Positions 46,423-56,058 of a stretch of DNA of 56,058 nt are shown in pieces. The stretch comes from Minisyncoccia bacterium. Its GTDB lineage: Bacteria > Patescibacteriota > Minisyncoccia > Phycocordibacterales > SBAW01. The stretch covers positions 1 to 56,058 of the forward strand of contig JBEKSG010000001.1 of the NCBI GenBank assembly GCA_049997855.1. The letters are read 5' to 3'. Numbering within the stretch: position 1 is the stretch's first letter; each line of letters opens with the position of its first letter. The translations under genes were made by a program, and so were the position numbers. The notes beneath the pieces are model-generated. The model made no database searches and had not been told where the DNA came from. It worked only from the letters and a program-made list of their open reading frames with translations.

Positions 46423-46457
46423 ATCGGTAGATTTTCGCATATGCGTAAAAATACCGA
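46423..46457. repeat. 35-bp imperfect palindrome, copy 2 (upstream of PaaX/Cas2-like gene)
   Basis: atcggtagattttcgcatatgcgtaaaaataccga; 31/35 identical to copy 1, same orientation. Confidence 0.85.
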
Positions 46458-46532
46458 TTTTTTTGTTACATTAAGGTATGAAAAGAAAAAACCGCGCAAC
46501 CCGAGAGGGAAGCGCGGCCTTGTTCGTTAGGG

Positions 46533-46733
46533 CTATTGGGGGAAACACTCTGCCCTCACCACAACACCGCCGTTATGATGTTCTTTTTTCTCGTCCCATC
46601 CTTCCAACAGGAATTTCTTCGCTGCTTCGCACGTGCTTTGCGAAGCAAATTCTTGGGTAGAAGTTGCTACGGCTGGAGGAACGTCTGACCAGCCGCTGGA
46701 GGAGGTCAACAGAAAATACACCAGAATGTACAT
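46533..46733 (-). CDS. small exported Cys-pair protein (66 aa)
   Basis: hydrophobic N-terminus, EFASQSTCEAAK...AECFPQ; SD gggag; hairpin ccgcgc/gcgcgg + T-run downstream. Confidence 0.5.
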   Translation of the reverse strand: MYILVYFLLTSSSGWSDVPPAVATSTQEFASQSTCEAAKKFLLEGWDEKKEHHNGGVVVRAECFPQ

Positions 46734-46880
46734 ATCTTGCTCCCGTGATAGGCTCTCGGTCTTTGAGATTTGAATTGAGGGGTCCGGGTGCCATAGAACT
46801 GACAGCGAGATTTTACTTTAAATAATCATCTTGTCAAGTACCTCTGCAAGACGGGGAAATGCGGATAGAATGGGGTATCC

Positions 46881-48596
46881 ATGGACTCGGAAGTGCAAGA
46901 AATTAAGGACAGGCTCAGTATTAACGAGGTGGTAGGGCAGTATGTTACTCTGCGGCGCGCCGGGCGCAATTTTGTCGCTTCTTGTCCATTTCATAAGGAA
47001 AGGACGCCGAGTTTTCATGTATCTCCCGAGCGCGGCTCGTACATGTGCTTTGGATGCGGCGAAAAGGGCGACATCTTTAGCTTTGTCCAAAAAATGGAAG
47101 GCGTTGATTTTCCCACTGCGCTCAAACAATTGGCCAAGCAGGCGGGCGTCACACTCAAGCCTCGGCAATTTAACGCGCACCGTGAGGAGGATAAACATAA
47201 AGAAGGGCGCTTGTATGAAGCATGCGAAGCTGCGGCGAGTTTTTTTGAGTCGATACTAAAAAACAAAAAAGAGGTGCAAGAATATTTGCGCACGCGTGGC
47301 GTGCGTGAGGATACTATAAAAACGTGGCGCCTGGGCTATGCACCCGCAAACTGGGAGGAACTTTCTAACCATTTACAAAACCGAGGGTTTACCAAAGACG
47401 AGATTGTTGAAGCGGGTCTTGCGGCGCGGAGTGAGCACAAACCGGGGGAGATATATGACCGCTTCCGCGGGCGCATCATGTTTCCGCTTTTTGATGCGGG
47501 CGGCAGAGTTATTGCCTTTTCGGGTCGCTTTTTTGAGAAGGTGCCGGGCTCGCACGAAGAGAGTGAACCAGCCAAATATGTAAACTCACCCGAAACTACG
47601 CTGTTTAAAAAATCACGTGTGCTCTACGGTTTCGACCGCGCAAAAGTGGCGATACGCAAAAAAGATTGTATCTTGCTTGTCGAGGGCCAGTTTGACCTCG
47701 TTCTCTGCCATCAGTCGGGCCTCGACTATGCCGTGGCAGTCTCCGGCACGGCATTAACCCCCGAGCATCTTTCGTCGCTCGGGCGCCTAAGCAAGCGTTT
47801 GGTACTTGCGCTCGACGGCGATGCGGCGGGCATACGCGCAGGTCAGAAGAGTGCTGCCATGGCGTTTGGCATGGGGTTTGATATAAAAATCCCGACATTT
47901 GAGGGCGGCAAAGATCCAGCCGATTTGGCAAGAGAAAATCCCGAACTACTCAAAGCCGCCGTGCGCACCTCTAAAACGGCGGTGGAGTTTTTCTTAGACG
48001 CGCTCCGGCAGGGCGCCAAAGACGACCGCGCGTACAAGCTTCTGGTGCAAAACCAGATATTGCCGCTCATTAAAGCCATGCCAAGCCGCATTGAGCAGGC
48101 TCACTTTATAGGTATTGTTGCGCACAGGCTTGAGGTGCCGGAGGATGCCGTACGTGCCGAGGTGGCAAAAGCACACAGCACTCCCGCGGACATCTTTGAC
48201 GATGCCGAGACACTACAGCCTGCTATGGCAGAGCTTACGCCACTTAAACGTGCCGCGGGCATGTTGTTGTATCGATTTGAAGAGGATGACGCCGTGCAAA
48301 TCAAGCTCAAAAGTTTACTCGGCATCGAACGCGTTGCCGCTCTTAAAGAGACACTGGCTCCTCATGCCGAGCGCCTGCGTTTTGAGTTTGACGCTCTTGG
48401 CTCTGTAACAAAAGAGGAAGATGTAGAGCAAGAAAGTGTCATTGTGCAGACTCTGCTCGAGAACATTGAGCGCATAGTAATAGAAGAGGAGATGCGGAAG
48501 TTGCGGCAAAAATTGTATGGCGGCCGCGTGGAGGACGCAGAGTTGGGACAAAAGTTGGCGGAGCTCAAGCGGCGCGAGCAGCAATTGAGAAAATAG
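46881..48596 (+). CDS. dnaG: DNA primase
   Basis: CPFHKERTPSF..CFGC, DRFRGRIMFP, KYVNSPET, VEGQFD, DGDAAG, KDPAD. Confidence 0.96.
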   Translation: MDSEVQEIKDRLSINEVVGQYVTLRRAGRNFVASCPFHKERTPSFHVSPERGSYMCFGCGEKGDIFSFVQKMEGVDFPTALKQLAKQAGVTLKPRQFNAHREEDKHKEGRLYEACEAAASFFESILKNKKEVQEYLRTRGVREDTIKTWRLGYAPANWEELSNHLQNRGFTKDEIVEAGLAARSEHKPGEIYDRFRGRIMFPLFDAGGRVIAFSGRFFEKVPGSHEESEPAKYVNSPETTLFKKSRVLYGFDRAKVAIRKKDCILLVEGQFDLVLCHQSGLDYAVAVSGTALTPEHLSSLGRLSKRLVLALDGDAAGIRAGQKSAAMAFGMGFDIKIPTFEGGKDPADLARENPELLKAAVRTSKTAVEFFLDALRQGAKDDRAYKLLVQNQILPLIKAMPSRIEQAHFIGIVAHRLEVPEDAVRAEVAKAHSTPADIFDDAETLQPAMAELTPLKRAAGMLLYRFEEDDAVQIKLKSLLGIERVAALKETLAPHAERLRFEFDALGSVTKEEDVEQESVIVQTLLENIERIVIEEEMRKLRQKLYGGRVEDAELGQKLAELKRREQQLRK

Positions 48597-48641
48597 AAAG
48601 TGTGTGGTATATTATTGTTAATGGCAAAGAAAAAGGCTAAG

Positions 48642-48809
48642 CCCCGACACAAGGTCGGGGTTTCGACAAAAGCGTCGGGGAAAAAATCGCTGCGCTCAAA
48701 AAGCGTTGTAGTAAAAGCTAAAAAGTTTCGCAAGGCAGCTGCTAAACGTCGTTTAAGGCTTGCATCTAAATCCCGACGTATAGTCGGGACCCTGACCAAA
48801 GCGTCGGGG
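48642..48809 (+). repeat. two 39-bp double-hairpin elements (48642-48680 and 48771-48809)
   Basis: ccccgac-acaag-gtcgggg-tttcgac-aaaagc-gtcgggg and tcccgac-gtata-gtcggga-ccctgac-caaagc-gtcgggg. Confidence 0.85.
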
Positions 48810-48816
48810 AAGTCTG

Positions 48817-49902
<1,086 letters not shown>

Positions 49903-50038
49903 TTTAAACTCTAGGTAAGAGACTCAAAAATATGGCTTAACCACAAGTCTGTTGAACCACTACCATCCAGCTAGACAAATTTAAATAAATATGATATTCT
50001 GTTTGTAGAAGTAATCACACATCTTGTAGGAGAACGCG

Positions 50039-50797
50039 ATGCCCCTCTCAGATGCTTATGCTTTAGCGGGTGTTGAGAACATCCGCGCACTCCATCGAGT
50101 GTACAAAAAAGAAGATCAGCGGTTGATGAAGTGTAGGGAGTGGGATTATGAAAACCCCGCTCTTCTTACAAATCAGATTAAAGAAATACTTGATACTATC
50201 GATCTTAACGCTCTCACTGAAGAAGAGCGAAAGTGGTGCCAAGAAATGCTTTGGTTTTGGCATCACCACGCCATCAGTAGCGCAATCTGGCGGCAAAAAA
50301 GTAGGTCAGACGCCTGCTTTCATGCTGCTGAGGCGCTTCGCTACCAAGATGAATATCATCCGAACCAAATCACCCGACTTTTGTATTTGCTCGTCCACGA
50401 CAAGCTGCTCGAAGCGAAGGTATGGGCAGAGCAAATCAAAGACGAAGTTGAAAAACAAACCGCCGCAGAGTTACTCCAAGAGTACAAAGCGGGAGAATTC
50501 TTCTCAAACACCCGACAGGAGTTAGCGATGAAATTAACTTTCTTTCTCAAATACCCGGAGTACAAGAAAGGACTTCGGCTCATCATTGATGGACATACGT
50601 TTGTTATCTCGTACAACAAGACTCGCGAACCGGAGGATGATTTTTTTGACGGGAGTTTCGATTCCCTGACAAAGTTTCAAGCCCGACTCAAAGAGTGTTT
50701 CGGAGGAGAGCAAGGAGAAAGATGGTTTACGCATCTTTTCCAGCACCTGTTTCAGTACCACATGCGAAGAATACGTAAAAAAAGGAAGTATATCTAA
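50039..50797 (+). CDS. hypothetical protein (helical, possibly two fused modules)
   Basis: 252-aa ORF, SD aggaga, AT-richer than neighbours, terminator at 50811-50850. Confidence 0.6.
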   Translation: MPLSDAYALAGVENIRALHRVYKKEDQRLMKCREWDYENPALLTNQIKEILDTIDLNALTEEERKWCQEMLWFWHHHAISSAIWRQKSRSDACFHAAEALRYQDEYHPNQITRLLYLLVHDKLLEAKVWAEQIKDEVEKQTAAELLQEYKAGEFFSNTRQELAMKLTFFLKYPEYKKGLRLIIDGHTFVISYNKTREPEDDFFDGSFDSLTKFQARLKECFGGEQGERWFTHLFQHLFQYHMRRIRKKRKYI

Positions 50798-50889
50798 GTC
50801 ACTCATTTCGACCGTCCAACGGAAATCATCCGTTTGGGCGGTTTCTTTTTAATGGTTTAAAACAGTTCGGATACGTTATACTGCGGTAT

Positions 50890-51738
50890 ATGGTCAAGAA
50901 ACTGCCTATCAAGCACTGGAGCCACAGCTCGCTCATGGCTTTTTTGCGCAATCCTCTAGCTTGGCATAAGCGCTATGTGGAGCTGGTGTACGACATGCCA
51001 TCGTCGCCTTCGAGTATTGTGGGGCGCGCAGCGCATACCGCGCTCCAGCATTTTTATGGTGGGATAGCAAAAGAGGGCGCAATACAGCTTGGGCTTGAGT
51101 ATCTTAAAAATGTTCCCGATTTTGAAATCAATTTTGGCAAAAAGGTACAGTCTAATCGCGCACGCAAACAGAAGCGCGCCTCAATGGAACGGGAGTATTT
51201 GCAAGCAGTACAGTTTTATTTGGAGCGGCCCCCAAAGTATAAAGTACTCGGGGTCGAGGTGGCGGCAATTGCCACAGTGGAGGGCTTGCCGCTGCCGATA
51301 AAGGCGGTCTCCGACCTGGTCGTGCAAAGCAAAGTCGACCCGCGCGGCGTTGATGTTGTCGACCATAAGTTTGTTGCGGCGTTTAGCCCTTACAAAGCAG
51401 ACAAATCATTGTTTATCTTTCAGGCAATCTTTAACTACTATACGGTTAAGAAGGAGTTTGGTAAGCCGGTACGGCGGTTTATTGTTCATGAGTGCAAAAT
51501 ATCCCGCAATGCAGACGGCTCTCCGCAAATGCGCCGCTATGTTATCGACTTCCGGCAATTTCGCGAGGAGTTTATTATTTTTAACCGGCTTGTGCGCGAT
51601 GCAACCGCGGTCCTTGCCAATACAAAAGTGTTTTTACCCAATCCGTCGGATATGTTTGAGGGGGAGAACTCGCTCGATATTTATCGCATCAACCTCGAGC
51701 CCGAGGAGTACGACGCTCATTTTAGGCCTGACCGATAA
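50890..51738 (+). CDS. PD-(D/E)XK nuclease family protein (RecB/AddB-like)
   Basis: WSHSSLMAF..P..W, GRAAHTAL, VE, AVSDLV, VVDHKF, Q..Y. Confidence 0.75.
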   Translation: MVKKLPIKHWSHSSLMAFLRNPLAWHKRYVELVYDMPSSPSSIVGRAAHTALQHFYGGIAKEGAIQLGLEYLKNVPDFEINFGKKVQSNRARKQKRASMEREYLQAVQFYLERPPKYKVLGVEVAAIATVEGLPLPIKAVSDLVVQSKVDPRGVDVVDHKFVAAFSPYKADKSLFIFQAIFNYYTVKKEFGKPVRRFIVHECKISRNADGSPQMRRYVIDFRQFREEFIIFNRLVRDATAVLANTKVFLPNPSDMFEGENSLDIYRINLEPEEYDAHFRPDR

Positions 51739-51741
51739 CTT

Positions 51742-52479
51742 TTATTGAGTGGTTGCAGGAGCTGTTGTGGTTGTGGAAGCGGCGCTTGTTGGAGCGGCGC
51801 TGCCTAGCAATTGGTCGATGGCAGCGCGCATCGAGTCATACGGCTGTGCGCCCTCAAGTGTTATGGCATCGGTCGAACCCGGCTTGGTAATGAGGATAAA
51901 CGGCGTACCCGTGCCGCCCGCCTTGATAGCCTCGTTGTAGCTGTCCTGCACTTTTTGCGCATACTTGCCGCTGTTGAGGCAGGTGTTAAAAGCGGTCACA
52001 TCGAGTCCGACATCTTGCGCGATAACCGGCAGCTGGGCAAGGTCGAGGCCGTTTTCACCCGGCGTAATCGAGTAGAGCTTGTCGATGTAGTTAAAGTAGG
52101 CCGTATTGCCGCCCTGCTCGGCTGCGCACTCGGCCGCCTCGGCTTCTTTGGGCGCTTTGGAGTGTATCTGCGCGAGCGGGAACGGGCGATAGGTCCACGA
52201 TACCTGGCCGCTTTGACCGTAGTAGTCCATTACTTGGTGCATGGTTGTTTCAAACTGTATGCAATACGGACACTCCAGGTCGGCGTACTCAATGACCTGC
52301 ACCGCGGCGTTGGGGTTGCCGAGCGTGTGGTCGGTAGAGTCGACAAGGCGGAAGTTGGTGGCTTGTTGGCTGCCGTTGGTATTGGTAGGCGTGCCGCTCT
52401 TGCCTGCCAAAAAAACCGCGCCGGCAATGAGCAAACCGGCGACGACGATAGTAAGCGGGAGCAGATATTGTGATTTCAT
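51742..52479 (-). CDS. DsbA-family thiol-disulfide oxidoreductase
   Basis: N-terminal TM, EYADLECPYC, RPFPL..IH, GTGTP, GAQPY. Confidence 0.92.
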   Translation of the reverse strand: MKSQYLLPLTIVVAGLLIAGAVFLAGKSGTPTNTNGSQQATNFRLVDSTDHTLGNPNAAVQVIEYADLECPYCIQFETTMHQVMDYYGQSGQVSWTYRPFPLAQIHSKAPKEAEAAECAAEQGGNTAYFNYIDKLYSITPGENGLDLAQLPVIAQDVGLDVTAFNTCLNSGKYAQKVQDSYNEAIKAGGTGTPFILITKPGSTDAITLEGAQPYDSMRAAIDQLLGSAAPTSAASTTTTAPATTQ

Positions 52480-52515
52480 ACTATACAAGGTTATTAAACT
52501 ATTTTAGCACATTCA

Positions 52516-53088
52516 TTAAAAGGGCAAGGTGTAGGTTATGGCGCCTTGGTCGCTCGATTTTTCCCAGCCGTTCGTGTCGAGTTTTATTTCGCGGACGCCG
52601 TCGTAGTCTTTGTATTTGAGGCTCCCGTTTTTTTTGGCGTACTCGTAGAGTTCGTTGGTTATTTTTACGTCGTTGAGGCAATAGTCGCGCACTTTATCGC
52701 GCAGGCCCTCCTTCCACCAGACAACAGCCTCCATGCCGTTACCGCTCTTTTTTTTGCCGAGCGTCGCCTCGGCGAGGTTGTCGAGCTTGAGCCGGCGGCC
52801 CAGCACGTTTTTGACTTCTTTGAGGAGATCGATACTTCGTATCCTTGTTAAGTCGCCTGCGTAATATTTGTTAAGTATCGGGATGTCAAAATGCTCGGAG
52901 TTGTAGCCCACCAGGAGGTCGGCGCTCTCAAAAATCTGCCAGACTTTTGGCAGATCTTCTTTAAAGTAACCAGCAAGCTCGCCGGTTTGTGAGTCATGGA
53001 TACCCACTACAGTAACCTCAAGGTTAGAAAAGTCACCGTTTTGGTCGAAGTCGCCCATGGTTTCGATGTCAAAGGTGATCCGTTTCAT
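52516..53088 (-). CDS. RNase H-like 3'-5' exonuclease (YprB/RNase_H_2 family)
   Basis: FDIET, VGYNSEHFDIP, IDLL, LKLDNLA, YCLNDV. Confidence 0.85.
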   Translation of the reverse strand: MKRITFDIETMGDFDQNGDFSNLEVTVVGIHDSQTGELAGYFKEDLPKVWQIFESADLLVGYNSEHFDIPILNKYYAGDLTRIRSIDLLKEVKNVLGRRLKLDNLAEATLGKKKSGNGMEAVVWWKEGLRDKVRDYCLNDVKITNELYEYAKKNGSLKYKDYDGVREIKLDTNGWEKSSDQGAITYTLPF

Positions 53089-53165
53089 GATGCGAATGTA
53101 CGAATAGTGCGAATGATACGGATAGAACTCAATGCAAGCTTTTTTATTCGTGTCATTCGAATGAA

Positions 53166-54422
53166 TTAGTGGATTGGTGTTTCATTAAAGAAATGCGCCA
53201 GTTCGGCTTTATTCAAAGTTTTTTCCTCGCCGCTCACAAGATTGCGCACGACAAACTTGCCCGAGGCGAGCTCGTTATCGCCCACCACGAGCAGATAGGG
53301 GATATGATGCTTGCTCGCTGTTTTTATCTGGTCACCCAGTTTATGCTCGCCAAAATCTACGGCTACGTTAACCCCCGCCCGGCGCAGCTCGGCACAGAGA
53401 GTGTGCACGCGCGTTGCTATATCCGGAGATGTCGTTGCTATATAGAGCTTAGTGGGCGGGATATAGGGTGGTATAAGGCCGCGCGATTCTAAAAAAAGGC
53501 GGATAGTCTCATCGCCCATGCCAAAACCAACACCGGCGATAGGCTCATGATCAAACATCGCGGTCAGATTGTCGTAGCGGCCGCCGCCAAAAAGCGCGCG
53601 GTTGTTTAAAGGGTGCGTATCGAATATCTCAAACACCATGCCGGTGTAATACGCAAAGCCGCGCACTACGGAAGGATCAAATACCATATTGGTAATACCC
53701 TCGTCGTTGCACTCTTTAATCAGTACCGCAATGTCCGGCGGTATTTGTTGGGGAAATGACTTCTCGAGCGGCACCTCAAGCTCTCGCATGGTGTTTTCAA
53801 ACTCCTCGCGCGGTATTTTTGCTTTTCTATCGAGGAGCACAATGAGGCGTTTGGATGCTTCTTCGGAAAGTCCAAGCTCTTCAATAAGATTATTTAAATA
53901 TACGCGACTGCTGAGCTTGATGACAAAGTCGCTCTCTGCAGCGCCAAAAGCGCGCATAATATTGTAGGCAACACTGATAATTTCGGCGTCAGCATGAGGC
54001 GAGCTGCTTCCAAAAAGGTCGACATTAAGCTGCCAATGTTCGCGCAATCTGCCGCGCTGCGGCCTTTCGTATCTAAGTAGATTTGGTATTGAATAAAGCC
54101 GCAAAGGGAAGCCAAGCAGGCGGCGCCTGGCCGCCACCATGCGTGCTACGGTTGGCGTCATTTCGGGGCGGAGCGTTACCTCGCGACCGCCGCGATCGAC
54201 AAATGTGTATGTCTGCTCCCGCACCATCTCTTCGTTTTCGGCGCCTTTGGCTTTGTATAGTTCGCTCGGTTCCAAAATGGAAGCCTCATACTCGACATAG
54301 CCGGCCCGCTCAACCGTTTTGCGCCATATATCAAAAATATACGAGAGTGTCGCATACTCCTCGGGGTAAAAATCACGCACGCCTTTGTACGGTTCTACCG
54401 ATAACTTCTCTTTTTTGGCCAT
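53166..54422 (-). CDS. hisS: histidine-tRNA ligase
   Basis: KGVRDFYP, LRPEMTP, RYERPQRGRLREHWQ, VRGFAYYTG, GGGRYDNL, GFGMG. Confidence 0.96.
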   Translation of the reverse strand: MAKKEKLSVEPYKGVRDFYPEEYATLSYIFDIWRKTVERAGYVEYEASILEPSELYKAKGAENEEMVREQTYTFVDRGGREVTLRPEMTPTVARMVAARRRLLGFPLRLYSIPNLLRYERPQRGRLREHWQLNVDLFGSSSPHADAEIISVAYNIMRAFGAAESDFVIKLSSRVYLNNLIEELGLSEEASKRLIVLLDRKAKIPREEFENTMRELEVPLEKSFPQQIPPDIAVLIKECNDEGITNMVFDPSVVRGFAYYTGMVFEIFDTHPLNNRALFGGGRYDNLTAMFDHEPIAGVGFGMGDETIRLFLESRGLIPPYIPPTKLYIATTSPDIATRVHTLCAELRRAGVNVAVDFGEHKLGDQIKTASKHHIPYLLVVGDNELASGKFVVRNLVSGEEKTLNKAELAHFFNETPIH

Positions 54423-54444
54423 GATAGTGTACAGTGTAGCAGAA

Positions 54445-55224
54445 ATGCCAAAGGAACATAGTGCCGGCGCGGTGGTTAATTTGTACAAAAAGCTGGGCGA
54501 AACCCCGCGCGAGCGTCTAGAGCGCCTGCGCTGGGAACGGCCGCATTTTGAGCATGAGGTGCTCTCCTACGCCGGCAGACTCGACCCGATGGCCGAGGGT
54601 GTCATGTTATGTCTCGTGGGCTCGGCCAATCATCGGCGCGAAACGTATCTCGACATGAGCAAAGAGTATGTGCTCGATATACTGTTTGGATTTTCGACCG
54701 ACACATACGATGTGCTCGGTAAAATAACCGAGAGCGGCGAACCGCTCGGCATCACGCGCAAAAAAATTGAGACAGCGCTCAACGAGTTTCGCGGCATGCT
54801 AAGCCAAGAGTATCCGCCGTATTCAAGCAAAACGGTTGAGGGCAAGTCGCTCTTCCAATTGGCGCGCGACGCCGTTTCAGACGCGCTTGTGTTGCCGCGC
54901 CGCACGGTGACGATTTACGACATCAGCCTCACGCACCTCTATAAAGTAAAAGAGCCGCAACTGCTTGCCTACATACAAAGCGGCGTCGAACGCGTCAACG
55001 GCGACTTTCGCCAAGAGGAGGTGATGCGCTTGTGGAAGCGCCAACTCAAATCCACCGGCACGCGGGAGTTTCCCTGTGCCAGCATTGCCATATCGTGCTC
55101 ATCGGGCACCTATGCGCGCTCGATAGCCAACGGCGTAGGCAGGCAGTTGGATGTACCGGCACTCGCGCTCCATATCCTCCGCACCAAAGTGGGAGAATAC
55201 AGTGTAAAAGACTCCTTGCGGTAA
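54445..55224 (+). CDS. truB: tRNA pseudouridine(55) synthase TruB-like
   Basis: YAGRLDPMAEG, KEY, FGFSTDTYD, YPPYSS, CSSGTYARS, LRTKVG. Confidence 0.85.
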   Translation: MPKEHSAGAVVNLYKKLGETPRERLERLRWERPHFEHEVLSYAGRLDPMAEGVMLCLVGSANHRRETYLDMSKEYVLDILFGFSTDTYDVLGKITESGEPLGITRKKIETALNEFRGMLSQEYPPYSSKTVEGKSLFQLARDAVSDALVLPRRTVTIYDISLTHLYKVKEPQLLAYIQSGVERVNGDFRQEEVMRLWKRQLKSTGTREFPCASIAISCSSGTYARSIANGVGRQLDVPALALHILRTKVGEYSVKDSLR

Positions 55225-55265
55225 AAAGGCGATAGTGATATAAGAAAAGAAGAAAGGAGGTCGTC

Positions 55266-55427
55266 ATGGCCGAGGAAATTGAAAGAAAATCGCCGGCGAT
55301 GACGTTTTTAATTATCGCCAGCGGGGCGGTGTTGGGGTACTTCTTTGTATTGCCGCTCGTTTGGGATATCATACGGGTGCTCTTTCTGGTGCTGATGTTA
55401 TTTGCAGCACAATTGCACATTCTGTAA
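55266..55427 (+). CDS. small hydrophobic membrane protein (53 aa; below ORF-track cutoff)
   Basis: SD aaggagg; MAEEIERKSPAMTFLIIASGAVLGYFFVLPLVWDIIRVLFLVLMLFAAQLHIL*; terminator at 55435-55470. Confidence 0.55.
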   Translation: MAEEIERKSPAMTFLIIASGAVLGYFFVLPLVWDIIRVLFLVLMLFAAQLHIL

Positions 55428-55472
55428 TGTGTCAAATCGCCGCCTAGAACTTCAGGGCGGCGGTTTTTTTAA

Positions 55473-55494
55473 ACCCTTCGACTGCGCTCAGGGT
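55473..55494 (+). repeat. REP-like hairpin ACCCTTCGACTGCGCTCAGGGT
   Basis: accct/agggt stem around a TTCGAC..GCTC core, intergenic between convergent genes. Confidence 0.7.
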
Positions 55495-55512
55495 AATTTT
55501 ATTCTAGTAAAA

Positions 55513-56058
55513 TTACCAATCGAGTTCGCCGGTTTTATATTCATTAACGCGCGTCTCAAAAAAGTTTTTTTCCTTAGGCATGTCGATGATCTCGCTCATC
55601 CACGGGAAGGGATTGTCTTTGTGATACTGGCGCTCAAGGCCGATGCGCTCGAGGCGCCTGTCGGCGATGTGCTCGACATATTGTTTAACACTCGCGGGAA
55701 CCAAACCCACCACACCGCGCGGCAGGGCGTCGTCGGCATATTTATTTTCGAGCTCAACACCGCGCATAATATTTTTAGTAAGCAGCTGCTTAAACTCCGG
55801 CGTCCAAATCTCCGGGTTTTCGGCCACGATAGTGTTGATGAGGTCGGCGCCAAAGGCCAAGTGCACCGACTCGTCGCGGAGAATAAACTGGAACTGCTCG
55901 CCTATGCCTGCCATGCGGTTTTTGCGCAGCATCGAGAGCATCATGGCAAAGCCCGCGTAAAAAAAGATGCCTTCCATAATAACGTAGTAGCCCACCAGGT
56001 CATGCACAAAGCGCTGGATGTTTTCGGTGCCAGCCGTGTTAAAGGTCGGGTCAAACAC
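55513..56058 (-). CDS. nrdB: ribonucleotide reductase class I beta subunit (partial; 5' end outside the window)
   Basis: MEGIFFYAGF, FILRDESVH, NPFPWM, KNFFETRVNEY. Confidence 0.93.
   Translation of the reverse strand: MFDPTFNTAGTENIQRFVHDLVGYYVIMEGIFFYAGFAMMLSMLRKNRMAGIGEQFQFILRDESVHLAFGADLINTIVAENPEIWTPEFKQLLTKNIMRGVELENKYADDALPRGVVGLVPASVKQYVEHIADRRLERIGLERQYHKDNPFPWMSEIIDMPKEKNFFETRVNEYKTGELDW

Noticed and set aside
45869-46457. CRISPR array or CRISPR-Cas locus suggested by the Cas2-like protein and 35-bp palindromic repeats
   Set aside because: There are only two repeat copies, separated by a whole gene rather than 30-40-nt spacers, and no cas1 or effector genes are in the window.

Overview
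This window is a gene-dense bacterial chromosome segment read with the standard code (TGA is used as stop). Its features point to Patescibacteria/CPR, probably Parcubacteria (inference): compact housekeeping genes, a gap-rpiB-rpe-tkt-pfkB-fba cluster, short EF-Ts, short SMC and a S74-domain surface protein. It carries about 55 CDS and one tRNA-Thr(TGT). No CRISPR array, rRNA or transposase is visible. Main observations: (1) A sortase sits next to two Cys/Tyr/Asn-rich repeat surface proteins that share a non-canonical VPYTG + TM + basic sorting signal, interleaved with small secreted Cys-rich ORFans (18.6-24.5 kb). (2) Several families of palindromic DNA elements lie in frame inside core genes. 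An 18-bp CCTGCCTGCGCAGGCAGG ('LPAQAG') element or a close variant occurs in smc, rpsB, rpmE, a transglycosylase and pfkB. A 135-bp branched hairpin lies in dnaE and two 39-bp doublets lie at rpoD. Long intergenic inverted repeats are also present. (3) A solitary PaaX/Cas2-like gene is bracketed by two copies of a 35-bp palindrome. (4) rpoB and rpoC are fused. (5) PheRS is a single-chain, mitochondrial-type enzyme and ThrRS lacks its editing domain. (6) The rpoD N-terminus appears frameshifted. (7) Core genes look leaderless (-10 box about 6 nt before ATG), whereas ORFans carry strong SD sites. Product calls come from motif recognition only; no searches were run.
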